From Elusimicrobiota bacterium (GTDB lineage: Bacteria > CG03 > SLGR01 > JAGXOG01): a DNA stretch of 64,000 nucleotides. Within the stretch, counting starts at the first letter, position 1. Every line of letters begins with the position of its first letter. Both the position numbers and the translations under genes were made by a program. This document shows positions 1 to 11,165 of this stretch, piece after piece. Below the pieces are notes generated by a model. The model searched no databases. It was not told the DNA's origin and saw nothing but the letters and a program-made list of their open reading frames with translations. Where the stretch lies: NCBI GenBank assembly GCA_051745145.1, contig JBNJDT010000002.1, forward strand, positions 32,602 to 96,601, given 5' to 3'.

Positions 1-1090
1 CCCACAGTCTGACTCCAATAACGTGCCCAACGGCATTCGTAGTTTGGTTAGATACAAGATCTAATAGACCTCGTATTCTATCCAGTGCTCTACCACCGCC
101 GGTTAAGTTATCAGGCTAGCCCTAAAGCTATTTCGGGGAGAACCAGCTATTACCAAGTTTGATTGGCCTTTCACCCCTATTCACAAGTCATCCAAGGTCT
201 TTTCAACGACCATCGGTTCGGGCCTCCAGTGCGTATTACCGCACATTCGCCCTGCTCATGAATAGATCACCTGGTTTCGGGTCTATACAATGCAACTTTG
301 ACGCCCTGTTAAGACTTGGTCTCCCTACGACTCCATCCCCGAAAGGACTTAATCTTGCTGCACTATATAACTCGCCGGTTCATTATACAAAAGGCACGCG
401 GTCATCCATTAATCCCGGATGCCGGTTTCCTAAAAAGGAAAGCGACTTCCAAAAGATTCATAGGACTCCCACTGCTTGTAAGTAATCAGTTTCAAGTTCT
501 ATTTCACTACCCTCCCGGGTTACTTTTCACCTTTCCCTCACGGTACTGGTTCACTATCGGTCACCGGTTAGTATTTAGTCTTGGGAAGTGGTCTCCCCGG
601 ATTCAAACGAGATTTCTCGTGTCTCGCCTTACTCGGAGTTAAATCCGTTGTATAAAGTTTTTTTTCGCTTACAGGACTGTCACCTTCTCTGGTGCGCCTT
701 TTCCAGTGCGCTTCAACTAAAAAACTTTATTTACAACCTTCTTTCTGTAAAAAGAAACGATTTAACTCCACAACCATCCGAAAACAACGGTTACAGCCTT
801 TTACATTTTCGGATTTTGGACTATTCCCCGTTCGCTCGCCACTACTTGGAGAATCACTATAGTTTTCTTTTCCTCAGGTTACTAAGATGTTTCAATTCAC
901 CTGGTTTTGCCGTTATGCCCTATGTATTCAGACACAACTGACTCCGGTTAAACGGAGCCGGGTTTCCCCATTCGGAAATCATCGGTTCAACGGATGTTTG
1001 CTCCTACCCGATGCTTATCGCAGCTTGCCACGTCCTTCATCACCTTCCGGTACCAAGGTATCCACTGATCACTCTGATGTAGCTTGGTCA
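1..1090 (-). rRNA. rrl: 23S rRNA, 5' portion (continues beyond window start)
   Basis: Reverse complements of conserved 23S motifs (cctaaagctatttcggggagaaccagct; acggtactggttcactatcggt; cttatcgcagcttgccacgtccttcat). 5' end approximate. Confidence 0.97.
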
Positions 1091-1173
1091 TATCATTACA
1101 AATTATTAACTCAATTTGCAATGACGTATTATATCATTTAGTTATCGAAATTGCTATTAATTCTACTACAAAA

Positions 1174-1185
1174 TTTCAAAGAACA
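1174..1185 (-). promoter_or_regulatory. BoxA antitermination element in the 16S-23S spacer
   Basis: Minus strand TGTTCTTTGAAA between tRNA-Ala and 23S, the usual position. Confidence 0.7.
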
Positions 1186-1246
1186 ACAGTTTAACTCAGT
1201 TGATCAGAACACTACAGTTTACCATAAAAACTTTACTGTGTATTCA

Positions 1247-1322
1247 TGGTGGAGAATGCCGGGCTCGAACCGGCGACCTTCTGGTTGCAAACCAGATGCT
1301 CTCCCAGCTGAGCTAATTCCCC
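1247..1322 (-). tRNA. tRNA-Ala (TGC)
   Basis: GGGGAATTAGCTCAG...TCTGG-TTTGCAA-CCAGA...GGTTCGAG...TCTCCACCA; 76 nt with encoded CCA. Confidence 0.97.
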
Positions 1323-1353
1323 TTATTTATGACCCACCATATTTTCCTAATTT

Positions 1354-1430
<77 letters not shown>

Positions 1431-1534
1431 ATAAGATTAAAACACTATTATAAAAATTTTTAAAAAAAAGAAGTCAGGTGCCAATTTTAACTAAGATCTC
1501 CTTTCCGCGCTTTCTTAACTTAAGAAAGTATTAG

Positions 1535-3097
<1,563 letters not shown>

Positions 3098-3106
3098 ACA
3101 CCATAA

Positions 3107-3133
3107 AGTTAAAATTGACTTGACCTGACTTCT
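3107..3133 (-). repeat. 16S processing stem arm (inverted repeat with 1469-1492)
   Basis: agttaaaattg...acctgacttct at 3107-3133 is complementary to agaagtcaggt...caattttaact at 1469-1492, flanking the 16S. Confidence 0.85.
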
Positions 3134-3157
3134 AAATTTTCAATGATCTCAATGTTT

Positions 3158-3185
3158 ATATTACTTTTTATTAAGGCTTTGTCAA
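3158..3185 (-). promoter_or_regulatory. rRNA operon sigma70-type promoter
   Basis: TTGACA (3185-3180), 16 nt spacer, TAATAT (3163-3158), followed by BoxA-like AGATCATTGAAAA. Confidence 0.75.
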
Positions 3186-3289
3186 GCCCGTACTACCCTT
3201 GCTTGAATCCCTGCTCTACTTTCCACTCAGTAAAGCTCTGTAGATTCTCCGCTTTACTTCTTTCCAGATTTAATTTCTATCCAGTTATT

Positions 3290-4270
3290 TTAGTTTTTTT
3301 TCTTATTTATAATTGTATTAAATTTTTTCTGTTTTTCAAGGTGTTCTTCATAAGTTTCACTAAATATATGGGTTCCGTCACCACGGGTAAAAAAGAACAA
3401 GTACTCCGTATCGGCAGGATACAGAGCTGCTTTTATAGAATCTAAACCGGGGTTACATATAGGAGTAGGAGGAAGTCCAGGATTTTTATACGTATTGTAC
3501 GGAGAATTAATTTCAAGATCCTTATAAGTCAAACTGCGCCGGTGTTTACCTAACGCAAATAGTATAGACGCGCAAGACTCCAGATAAATATTTTTCTTTA
3601 ATCGTTTATGAAAAATGGCTGAAATTATTGGTCTTTCCCGGGAAACTCTAGCCTCTTTTTCAACTAAGGAGGCTAGGATAATTATCTCTTTTTTAGTATA
3701 CCCCAACTTTTTAAGTCTCTCTTCATAATCACCTTTACCGGAAAAAGCTTTTTTAAAATTCTTATTAAACTGAGTAACCATAGCTGAAATGATTCTCTCT
3801 TTTGAAGTATTTTTTGTAAACTTATAAGTTTCCGGAAATAGAAAACCCCTCAAATCTTTTTTTTCCACCAGATTAATAAAATCTTTCCTACTTTTTATGA
3901 TCTCTCTATTTTCCAGCCGGACTGCTATCTGTTCTGTTGTAAATCCTTCCGGTATACTTACTTGTGTAAAAACATTGGGTCCATCAGTTAACTTTTTAGC
4001 TAATGAAAAATAATCTGATTTTAAGGAAACCCTGTAATTTCCTGCCTGTATTTTATTGGCATCGAAAAAATATTTTAAAATACCTAAAAATATATTGGGG
4101 TAATTGATTATATTTTTATCCTTCATACGTTTGACTATTTGATTAGCATTCATCCCCGGTTTAACTTCAAACTCTATATGTTTTCCTTCAGAAACAAAAG
4201 TAAAATAAAATATTCCCATAATAACTATTACAATTCCTATAAAACCGGTGATTTTAGTTTTAAGAGACAT
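3290..4270 (-). CDS. mltG: Endolytic transglycosylase MltG (YceG family)
   Basis: N-terminal TM; IPEGFT, GFLFPETY, LASLVEKEA, SPYNTY..GLPPTPICNPG motifs. Confidence 0.95.
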   Translation of the reverse strand: MSLKTKITGFIGIVIVIMGIFYFTFVSEGKHIEFEVKPGMNANQIVKRMKDKNIINYPNIFLGILKYFFDANKIQAGNYRVSLKSDYFSLAKKLTDGPNVFTQVSIPEGFTTEQIAVRLENREIIKSRKDFINLVEKKDLRGFLFPETYKFTKNTSKERIISAMVTQFNKNFKKAFSGKGDYEERLKKLGYTKKEIIILASLVEKEARVSRERPIISAIFHKRLKKNIYLESCASILFALGKHRRSLTYKDLEINSPYNTYKNPGLPPTPICNPGLDSIKAALYPADTEYLFFFTRGDGTHIFSETYEEHLEKQKKFNTIINKKKN

Positions 4271-5628
4271 TAGATTAGGGACGGTTTGTGATTTTCCAAC
4301 ATATAATCTTCCAGTGATATAAACGAATAATCTTCTTGATAAAGTTGTTCTATCAATTTCAGTAGATCAACGGAACTGTCTGTCGTAATATCTACCGGCA
4401 GGACACTTTCTCCGCTTAATTCATCTAAAATAAAATCTCTATTATTATCTATAGGGGGGATTTCCCAATCTACCGGGACAAAATCAGTTTTTTTAATTTC
4501 CTGAATGATTCTTTTACTGTACCCGTTTTTTGAATAATACAGCGGTAAAACTACATATTTTAAGATATCTAAATTTTTCTCCCAGTCTTTAAGCTGTTTT
4601 GTTATATCATTATTTACATTTCCACTTCTAAAACCAATTTTATGATTTCCCAGCTGTTCCCGGACCCAACTTTCTAATTTTTTAGTATCACCAGGTGAGA
4701 GAAAAAAAGCTCCTTTTATGTCTAATTTTTTTAAAATACCTAAAACCTTTTTTATTCTCTGCTGGTCATATCCGATAAAAACAAAAGAGACGATTTTTTT
4801 ATTATCCGGGGAGGAGCGACTTAATTTAATAAAAAACACAGAACTTCCAACCGTGGCAAATACAGTCAGTATTCCAATAAATTTTAAAGTATCGTTATCA
4901 GACTCAGTATTAAATTTGACATTTTCACCGTACGTTGTAAAAGTCCCCGTCAACAAACTCTGTTTAGAAGCTATTTTTGTTCCCTTAAATAAAGGTGGGC
5001 CTACTTCTGAAACAGTTTTAAATTTAAAACCTTTTTTCCGGTAAAAATCTATGATCTCAGGCAGGGCTTTTAAGGATTCTTTTGGCCCGTCATGCATCAT
5101 TATGAGTTCTGTCTCCCGGGGACTAGAAGTCACTCTCTCAAAAATCTTTCTTTTAGTGCTCCCTTCGTAAGTATCATTTGCGTGTCGGCTCCATAAAACC
5201 ATATGATATCCCTCTTCTCTGGCAATTTTAAGCACATCTTCAGTATATCTTCCACCTGGAGGACGAAAAAAACTAGTTTTTTTCCCTACAATATCATAAA
5301 GTAAAGAATTAAACTTATTTAGTTCCTTAAGAATATCATCTTTTTCTAAATTTATCAGCCGGGGGTGGGTATAAGTGTGATTCCCTATTTCAAAACCCTT
5401 CTTATATATTTTTTCAACTAACTGGGGGTGCTTCTCCATCATCTTACCTACCAGAAAAAAAGTTGCCGGAACCTTTTTATCTTCCAATACGGATATTATT
5501 TTTTTTGTAGTTTCCGGCCGGGGACCGTCGTCGAAAGTTAAGACAACTGTACGGGCATAACCGGCATCAAAGGAAATGCTTAAAAATAAAACTGGTAATA
5601 TAAAATACTTTTTAGCTGAATCCAACAT
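4270..5628 (-). CDS. Polysaccharide/peptidoglycan deacetylase (CE4/NodB) with TM helix and a second degenerate domain
   Basis: TFDDGP, HTYTHP, FRPPGG and MMHDG motifs; signal peptide; central hydrophobic helix. Confidence 0.88.
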   Translation of the reverse strand: MLDSAKKYFILPVLFLSISFDAGYARTVVLTFDDGPRPETTKKIISVLEDKKVPATFFLVGKMMEKHPQLVEKIYKKGFEIGNHTYTHPRLINLEKDDILKELNKFNSLLYDIVGKKTSFFRPPGGRYTEDVLKIAREEGYHMVLWSRHANDTYEGSTKRKIFERVTSSPRETELIMMHDGPKESLKALPEIIDFYRKKGFKFKTVSEVGPPLFKGTKIASKQSLLTGTFTTYGENVKFNTESDNDTLKFIGILTVFATVGSSVFFIKLSRSSPDNKKIVSFVFIGYDQQRIKKVLGILKKLDIKGAFFLSPGDTKKLESWVREQLGNHKIGFRSGNVNNDITKQLKDWEKNLDILKYVVLPLYYSKNGYSKRIIQEIKKTDFVPVDWEIPPIDNNRDFILDELSGESVLPVDITTDSSVDLLKLIEQLYQEDYSFISLEDYMLENHKPSLI

Positions 5629-6178
5629 GTTTAATAGTAGAATACTGAGATCCGCTGCTTTTAAGTGTACTCTTTATAAGGTCCAGGTTATTTACAGATA
5701 AATTTTGCGGTCTTACTTTTATATTATTAAAAACCTCAACTATCCGGGATTTCTTAGAGTATTTCTTTATTCTTCCAAAGGTAAGGTGGGGGATATATGG
5801 GCGACCCTCCGGTTTAAAACCCAGCCCGGTCAACTGCCGGTTAATATGTTTTTGCAATTTCTGTAATTCGGCGGGAATATTATCACACCCAACCCACAGA
5901 ACCCGCGGGCGGGAAGGCTTTGGGAATATTCCGGTCCGGTTAAATTCAATATTGAAGGGGGAAATATTTTGAGCAGCTTTTTTTAATTTATTATTTATTA
6001 AGGGTAATTTTGCTTTTTTTGTTTCCCCCAAAAATTTAACGGTAAGATGTATTTTATCCGGTTTAACCCACTTAATTTTCAACTTTTTATTTTCCACTTT
6101 ATTTTTTAGTTTACTCTGAATACGGTGTATTTCTTTCTTAATACTATTATTTAAATAAATACCGACAAATAACCTCAT
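5612..6178 (-). CDS. thpR: RNA 2',3'-cyclic phosphodiesterase (2H family)
   Basis: MRLFVG start, HLTVKFLG and PHLTFGR motifs; next to cinA. Confidence 0.93.
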   Translation of the reverse strand: MRLFVGIYLNNSIKKEIHRIQSKLKNKVENKKLKIKWVKPDKIHLTVKFLGETKKAKLPLINNKLKKAAQNISPFNIEFNRTGIFPKPSRPRVLWVGCDNIPAELQKLQKHINRQLTGLGFKPEGRPYIPHLTFGRIKKYSKKSRIVEVFNNIKVRPQNLSVNNLDLIKSTLKSSGSQYSTIKHVGFS

Positions 6179-6180
6179 CC

Positions 6181-7437
6181 TTATCTATTTTCCAAATATT
6201 TTCTTAACATATCCAGTGATTTATAGGCAAATTTCTCTTTTATATCTTTGCGGGTCCCGTTAAAATTAACTTTTTTAACTTTTACTTTCCCGCCGGTCTT
6301 TAACCCTATATAACCTTCCCCGGGTTCGCTGTTACTTGAACTTTTTGGTCCTGCAAAGCCTGTTACAGAAAGAGTAATATCTGCTCCTGTTTTTTCCATA
6401 ATATTTTCTGCCATTTTACCGGCCACCCCCTGAGAAACCGCGCCATTATCTTCAATTATTTTTTTATCTATGTTTAAAATATCTTTTTTTGCTTGATTGG
6501 AATAGGTAACCATGCCTGTAATAAAATAAATAGAACTTCCCGGAGCATCCGTAATTTTTGAACTAAGCAAGCCACCGGTGCAGGATTCAGCCACAGCTAA
6601 TTTTTTACGTTGACTGGTAAGTAATTTCCCCACAACTTCTTGTAGCGTTTCACCGTCTTCACCATATATATAAGACTCAATTTCACCGTATATTTCATCT
6701 TTTATCTTATGGAGTAATTCATCTACAAGAATTTCATTCCCCCCGTGACAGGAAATAACTATATCCACTCCCGCCAAAGTCTGCCGGAAATAAAAATCAA
6801 TTTCACTTTCTTCCAGATGCCGTTCGGTTTCTATTACTTCTTTTAATAATTCCGCCAGCTCACCCTCGCACAAACCGGTAGTCCGGAGTGATTTTTCCTT
6901 TCTTATTTCCGTAGTAAAATTTGAAAGGACAGACTTATCCACACGCTTATTTAAAATATAATTAACTTCCGCTGGCGGACCGGGAAGAATTAAGAGTAAT
7001 TTTTTATCAACTTTTATTAACTGTCCGGGAGCGCTGCCTTTTTTATTTTTTAATACCTTAGCACCATTTAGAACCTCTGCCTGGTCGTCACAATGCCGGG
7101 GAACTTCTAAATCCCGGCGGGAAAAATAAGCGGCCACGTTTTCCATAGCTTTCCTGGAAAATTTAAGTTCTATATCCAAAAATTCGGATACCGCTACGCG
7201 GGTATTATCATCAGGCGTAGATCCGGTTCCCCCTATAATAATAATGAAAGAACTTCTTGAGAAAGTTTCTTTGAGAACCTGTTTTATCTGTTTTTTTCTG
7301 TCACCAGTGTGGGTGATACGGGATATATCAACGCCCTGTCCGCTTAAAATCCGGGCAGCAAGATATGAACTCTCCCCCCCCTGACCGGATAAAATTTCGT
7401 TACCAACACTAATTATTTCACATTTTTTTGCTTTCAT
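6181..7437 (-). CDS. cinA: CinA-like protein / NMN deamidase (MocF-like + PncC domains)
   Basis: VGNEIL, GG.GSTPDD.T, AESCTGG, YSN..K, TGFAGP motifs. Confidence 0.92.
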   Translation of the reverse strand: MKAKKCEIISVGNEILSGQGGESSYLAARILSGQGVDISRITHTGDRKKQIKQVLKETFSRSSFIIIIGGTGSTPDDNTRVAVSEFLDIELKFSRKAMENVAAYFSRRDLEVPRHCDDQAEVLNGAKVLKNKKGSAPGQLIKVDKKLLLILPGPPAEVNYILNKRVDKSVLSNFTTEIRKEKSLRTTGLCEGELAELLKEVIETERHLEESEIDFYFRQTLAGVDIVISCHGGNEILVDELLHKIKDEIYGEIESYIYGEDGETLQEVVGKLLTSQRKKLAVAESCTGGLLSSKITDAPGSSIYFITGMVTYSNQAKKDILNIDKKIIEDNGAVSQGVAGKMAENIMEKTGADITLSVTGFAGPKSSSNSEPGEGYIGLKTGGKVKVKKVNFNGTRKDIKEKFAYKSLDMLRKYLENR

Positions 7438-7474
7438 TTTAAATAGTTAACTTATAAATTTAATTTTTTGATAT

Positions 7475-8986
7475 TTATTCCGAATATTTCTCTATCCAGT
7501 CCCTACCGGAAACTACTAAGGCAGCTACTAAAGTAAGGCCCAGCCAGCTACTGCCAAGCAATATCAGCCATTTAACGGAATAGCCCTCATAGGCCTCGGA
7601 AAATTCCCCGGCAAGACTGTATATTAAAATTACCGCTAAAATAAGCGGTGTTACAAATTTAACGGAAATATCCCACCACCGGCCCAAATTAATACGGGAG
7701 ACACTGTTGACATGATCTCTCATCTTTTCGGCTTTAAAATACCAGCCTATTACAAGACATTCCAGTATTCCTACCGTAACCAGGCCGTAATTAGTGATAA
7801 AATGATCCACTATATCCAGCCAGTAAAGACCGCCGCCGGTGGTAAATATAATTCCCCCGACAAAAGCGACAAGACACAGAACAGATACCACTTTTTTTCG
7901 GGAATAATGAAATTTATCCATTACCGAAGAAGTAAATGCTTCCAGGATAGATATGGAAGAAGATAAGCCGGCAAAGACAAGTATGGTAAAAAATATTACG
8001 CCGAAAATCCTGGCAAACCGAGGGATTAAAGATATAGCCTGTGGAAAAGCTACAAAAGCAAGCCCTATGGAATCCGTAACCACATCCTCTATAGGCACCC
8101 CCTGCTGGGCCGCCATATAACCCAAAGTACCAAAAACCGCAAAACCCACAATAATTGAATATATACAGTTGGACACGGAAGCCACTATGGCACTACCGGT
8201 TAAATCCGTTTCCGGCGGAAGATAAGATGAATAGGCAATCATTATCCCAAAACCTATAGACAGAGTAAAGAATATTTGAGAGAAAGCGTCAATCCAGACT
8301 CTGGGTTTTGCTAAAGTAGAAAAATCGGGACGAAGATACTGAGCTATTCCCCTCCCGGCTCCGGGTAAATTTACAGACCATATAACAAGTATAATGGTAA
8401 GTAAAAGCATAACGGGCATAAGTATTTTTGTGGCCCGTTCTATACCTTTTTCTATACCGAAATAAACAATCCCCCAGTTTATCAGCCAGATAAATAACAA
8501 TCCCAAGAGAACCGGAAACATTACTCCCCCCAGCTCTCCAGGCCCTCCGGTTACACTGAGAAATTCGTTAAAGAAAAATGTATTCGGATCCGTTCCCCAG
8601 GAAATAGTTACCGAATGAAGAACATAATTCAGACTCCAGGAAATAATTACCGCATAATAAATAACTATACCGAACATCACCAGCAAGACCGGCCACCAGC
8701 CCAACCACTCCCATTTTTTAGAAATCTTTTTAAAACTTTTAGGAGCAGAACCTTTCTGACTGTGTCCCAGACCAAATTCAAGTATTAAAAGGGGGATACC
8801 CACCAAAATTAAAGCCAAAAAATAAGGTATAAGAAATGCTCCGCCTCCATGTCTGTAACACAGATATGAAAATCGCCATATATTTCCCAGACCGACCGCG
8901 GACCCTATGGCAGCAAGTAAAAACCCCGTTTTTGTCTTCCATTGAGCTCTATGTTTATCCGTAAAATATTCTTTCTTATTAGACAT
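7475..8986 (-). CDS. Sodium-dependent transporter, NSS/SNF family
   Basis: GSAVGLGNIWRF, GGGAFLIPY, QIFFTLSIGFG; many TM segments. Confidence 0.95.
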   Translation of the reverse strand: MSNKKEYFTDKHRAQWKTKTGFLLAAIGSAVGLGNIWRFSYLCYRHGGGAFLIPYFLALILVGIPLLILEFGLGHSQKGSAPKSFKKISKKWEWLGWWPVLLVMFGIVIYYAVIISWSLNYVLHSVTISWGTDPNTFFFNEFLSVTGGPGELGGVMFPVLLGLLFIWLINWGIVYFGIEKGIERATKILMPVMLLLTIILVIWSVNLPGAGRGIAQYLRPDFSTLAKPRVWIDAFSQIFFTLSIGFGIMIAYSSYLPPETDLTGSAIVASVSNCIYSIIVGFAVFGTLGYMAAQQGVPIEDVVTDSIGLAFVAFPQAISLIPRFARIFGVIFFTILVFAGLSSSISILEAFTSSVMDKFHYSRKKVVSVLCLVAFVGGIIFTTGGGLYWLDIVDHFITNYGLVTVGILECLVIGWYFKAEKMRDHVNSVSRINLGRWWDISVKFVTPLILAVILIYSLAGEFSEAYEGYSVKWLILLGSSWLGLTLVAALVVSGRDWIEKYSE

Positions 8987-8995
8987 AATTATTTC

Positions 8996-9024
8996 ATACT
9001 ACAAAAATTGTTTTGTATTTTCAA
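8996..9024 (-). promoter_or_regulatory. Promoter of the NSS transporter gene with internal inverted repeat
   Basis: TTGAAA-17 nt-TAGTAT; TACAAAA-N4-TTTTGTA at 9000-9017. Confidence 0.55.
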
Positions 9025-9080
9025 GCTATTACATATGGTGGGAATTAACAAACTATAATAATTGAAGATAAACTGTATCT

Positions 9081-9770
9081 TTATTTTCTAATCTTGTGCT
9101 TTAATATAAAAATTTTCACTTTATCAATAAGATTAATTTTATCGAAATGAATACCGTATCCAAAAGTTCCGTCAGATATTTTATGAACTCTCTTTATTTT
9201 ACCGGTAAAAATAAAGTTTTTTACATTGCAGGGCTCAAAATCAACTTTTATCTCCTTTCCTATTCCGAATTTTTGTTTCTCACATTTAAGTATTAACCCT
9301 GACATATTTAAATCCACAACTTCCCCGATAAAATTTTTTGACGGTTCATTTACACTTTTAATTTTAGCTTCGCACAGTGTTTCTACCTTGGGATGTCTTT
9401 TATTTGATGGAATATCGTGTTCATGTACTTTAAATTTTCCTACTTCTTTTATCAAAAAATGCATTTTTATTCTGTCAATAAAATTATGATTATTATCAAA
9501 CTCTACATCATAACATAAAGTACCGTTTTCGTGTTCCCGAATTCGTCTTATGCGTCCTTCAAGTATAAGAATATCTTTTTTTTGAGAATTAGAAAACATT
9601 ATTTCAACTTCTTCGCCCTGGGTAAATTTCCCTTCAGCACATTCAAATTCCAAACCGTCAGATCCCATATCAATGACCACTGAGCGAACCGGATTTTTAG
9701 TTAAATCAGGTTTCATAACATCTGCAAATAGCAAAGTTTTTTTTCTGTGCTCTTTTACTTCTTTTATCAT
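9081..9770 (-). CDS. Tandem PilZ-domain protein (degenerate motifs)
   Basis: Two similar ~110 aa units with DMGSDG / DLNMSG and YDVEF / YGIHF. Start placed at ATG 9770 after SD AAGGGA; ORF track starts at 9785. Confidence 0.75.
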   Translation of the reverse strand: MIKEVKEHRKKTLLFADVMKPDLTKNPVRSVVIDMGSDGLEFECAEGKFTQGEEVEIMFSNSQKKDILILEGRIRRIREHENGTLCYDVEFDNNHNFIDRIKMHFLIKEVGKFKVHEHDIPSNKRHPKVETLCEAKIKSVNEPSKNFIGEVVDLNMSGLILKCEKQKFGIGKEIKVDFEPCNVKNFIFTGKIKRVHKISDGTFGYGIHFDKINLIDKVKIFILKHKIRK

Positions 9771-9816
9771 TTTATATCCCTTCATTAAAATGATAATATA
9801 TTAAGAAAAGCCTGTC

Positions 9817-9832
9817 TGTGACCCCAATCACA
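9817..9832. promoter_or_regulatory. CRP-family binding site
   Basis: Perfect TGTGA-N6-TCACA in intergenic DNA upstream of the PilZ gene. Confidence 0.7.
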
Positions 9833-9937
9833 AAATTTATAAATTCCCCGATCTGTCCTGTATAAATACTATATTCTAAACTAATACGAAAAGAAGGCTG
9901 GGGGGTAAAGAATGACGGGAAGAATTAATTTATAAAA

Positions 9938-11164
9938 TCAGTCTTCTAAAAGGGCGCAGTATTCTCCGCACATGGTACAAGCTCTGTCATCTCTTTGGGG
10001 GAATTTCTGTTTTGTTTTTTTTACCGTCTCGGGATCAAGAGCATATTTTTCCATTTTATCCCAATCTAAATTTTTCCGGGCCACTGATATTTTATCATCT
10101 CCATCCCTGATATTATCCAGTCCTCTTGCTATATCCGCACTGTGCGCTGCAATTTTAGAAGCTATTACCCCTCTTTTTACATCATCGTTTTCAGGAAGGT
10201 GTAGATGCTCCGCCGGGGTTACATAACAAAGATAATCTGCTCCTTTCCAGGCTGCCAGAGCCCCCCCTATTGCACCGGTAATATGGTCATATCCGGCTCC
10301 AAGATCTGTAGTCAAAGGACCCAAAACATAAAACGGCGCGCTGTCACATAATTCTTTTTCTCTTTTTACGTTTTCCTCTATTTTATCAAGGGGAACATGT
10401 CCGGGGCCTTCAATCATTACCTGTACTCCCTTTTCCCGGCACCGGCGAGTCAATTCTCCTAAAACACTCAATTCTTCATACTGGGGTGCATCAGAAGCAT
10501 CCGCCAGACAACCCGGCCTTAAACCGTCACCCAGAGAAAGAGTTATATCATATTTTTTAGCTATATCCATAATCCGGTCAAAATTTTCATAGAGAGGATT
10601 TTGAGCATCATTTTTTTTCATCCACCGGTAAAGCAGTTTACCTCCCCGTGATACAATACCTCCCAAACGGTTACTTTCATCATATACTTGAGCTACCTGA
10701 CGGGTTACACCCGAATGAACAGTCATAAAATCCACTCCCATTTCCCCCTGTTTCTGAATGATATCTATAAATTCATCAGGTTTTAAGTCGGACATTTTTC
10801 CTTCCTTACAGACTGCTGCATAAACCGGAACAGTGCCTACCGGTACGGGAGAAATTTTTAGAATACGGGTAAGTATTGCCTGCCAGTCCTTCCCTATTGT
10901 TAAATCCATAACCGTATCCGCTCCGTATTTAACGGCTATTTTAAGCTTATTAATTTCTTCTTTAATATTACTGATATCCGGAGACCCGCCAATATTTGCA
11001 TTTATTTTAACTTTAAGACCCTCTCCTATAGCAGTGGGTATATTAATATCTTTACGTTTATTATTAAGCGGGATAACAACCTTTCCCCGTTCCTTCTTTT
11101 TCATCAGTTCTTCCGGAGAAATACTCTCCTGTTCACAAATTTTCTCTATATATTTATCTGTCAT
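9938..11164 (-). CDS. thiC: Phosphomethylpyrimidine synthase
   Basis: KINANIG, GIVSRGG, SLGDGLRPG, EGPGHVP, CTMCGEYC Fe-S motif. Confidence 0.97.
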   Translation of the reverse strand: MTDKYIEKICEQESISPEELMKKKERGKVVIPLNNKRKDINIPTAIGEGLKVKINANIGGSPDISNIKEEINKLKIAVKYGADTVMDLTIGKDWQAILTRILKISPVPVGTVPVYAAVCKEGKMSDLKPDEFIDIIQKQGEMGVDFMTVHSGVTRQVAQVYDESNRLGGIVSRGGKLLYRWMKKNDAQNPLYENFDRIMDIAKKYDITLSLGDGLRPGCLADASDAPQYEELSVLGELTRRCREKGVQVMIEGPGHVPLDKIEENVKREKELCDSAPFYVLGPLTTDLGAGYDHITGAIGGALAAWKGADYLCYVTPAEHLHLPENDDVKRGVIASKIAAHSADIARGLDNIRDGDDKISVARKNLDWDKMEKYALDPETVKKTKQKFPQRDDRACTMCGEYCALLED

Positions 11165-11165
11165 T

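Noticed and set aside
9786-9937. c-di-GMP or TPP riboswitch near thiC/PilZ
   Set aside because: GGTCACAGACAGG resembles a riboswitch start only superficially; core motifs are absent. The palindrome is better explained as a CRP-type site.
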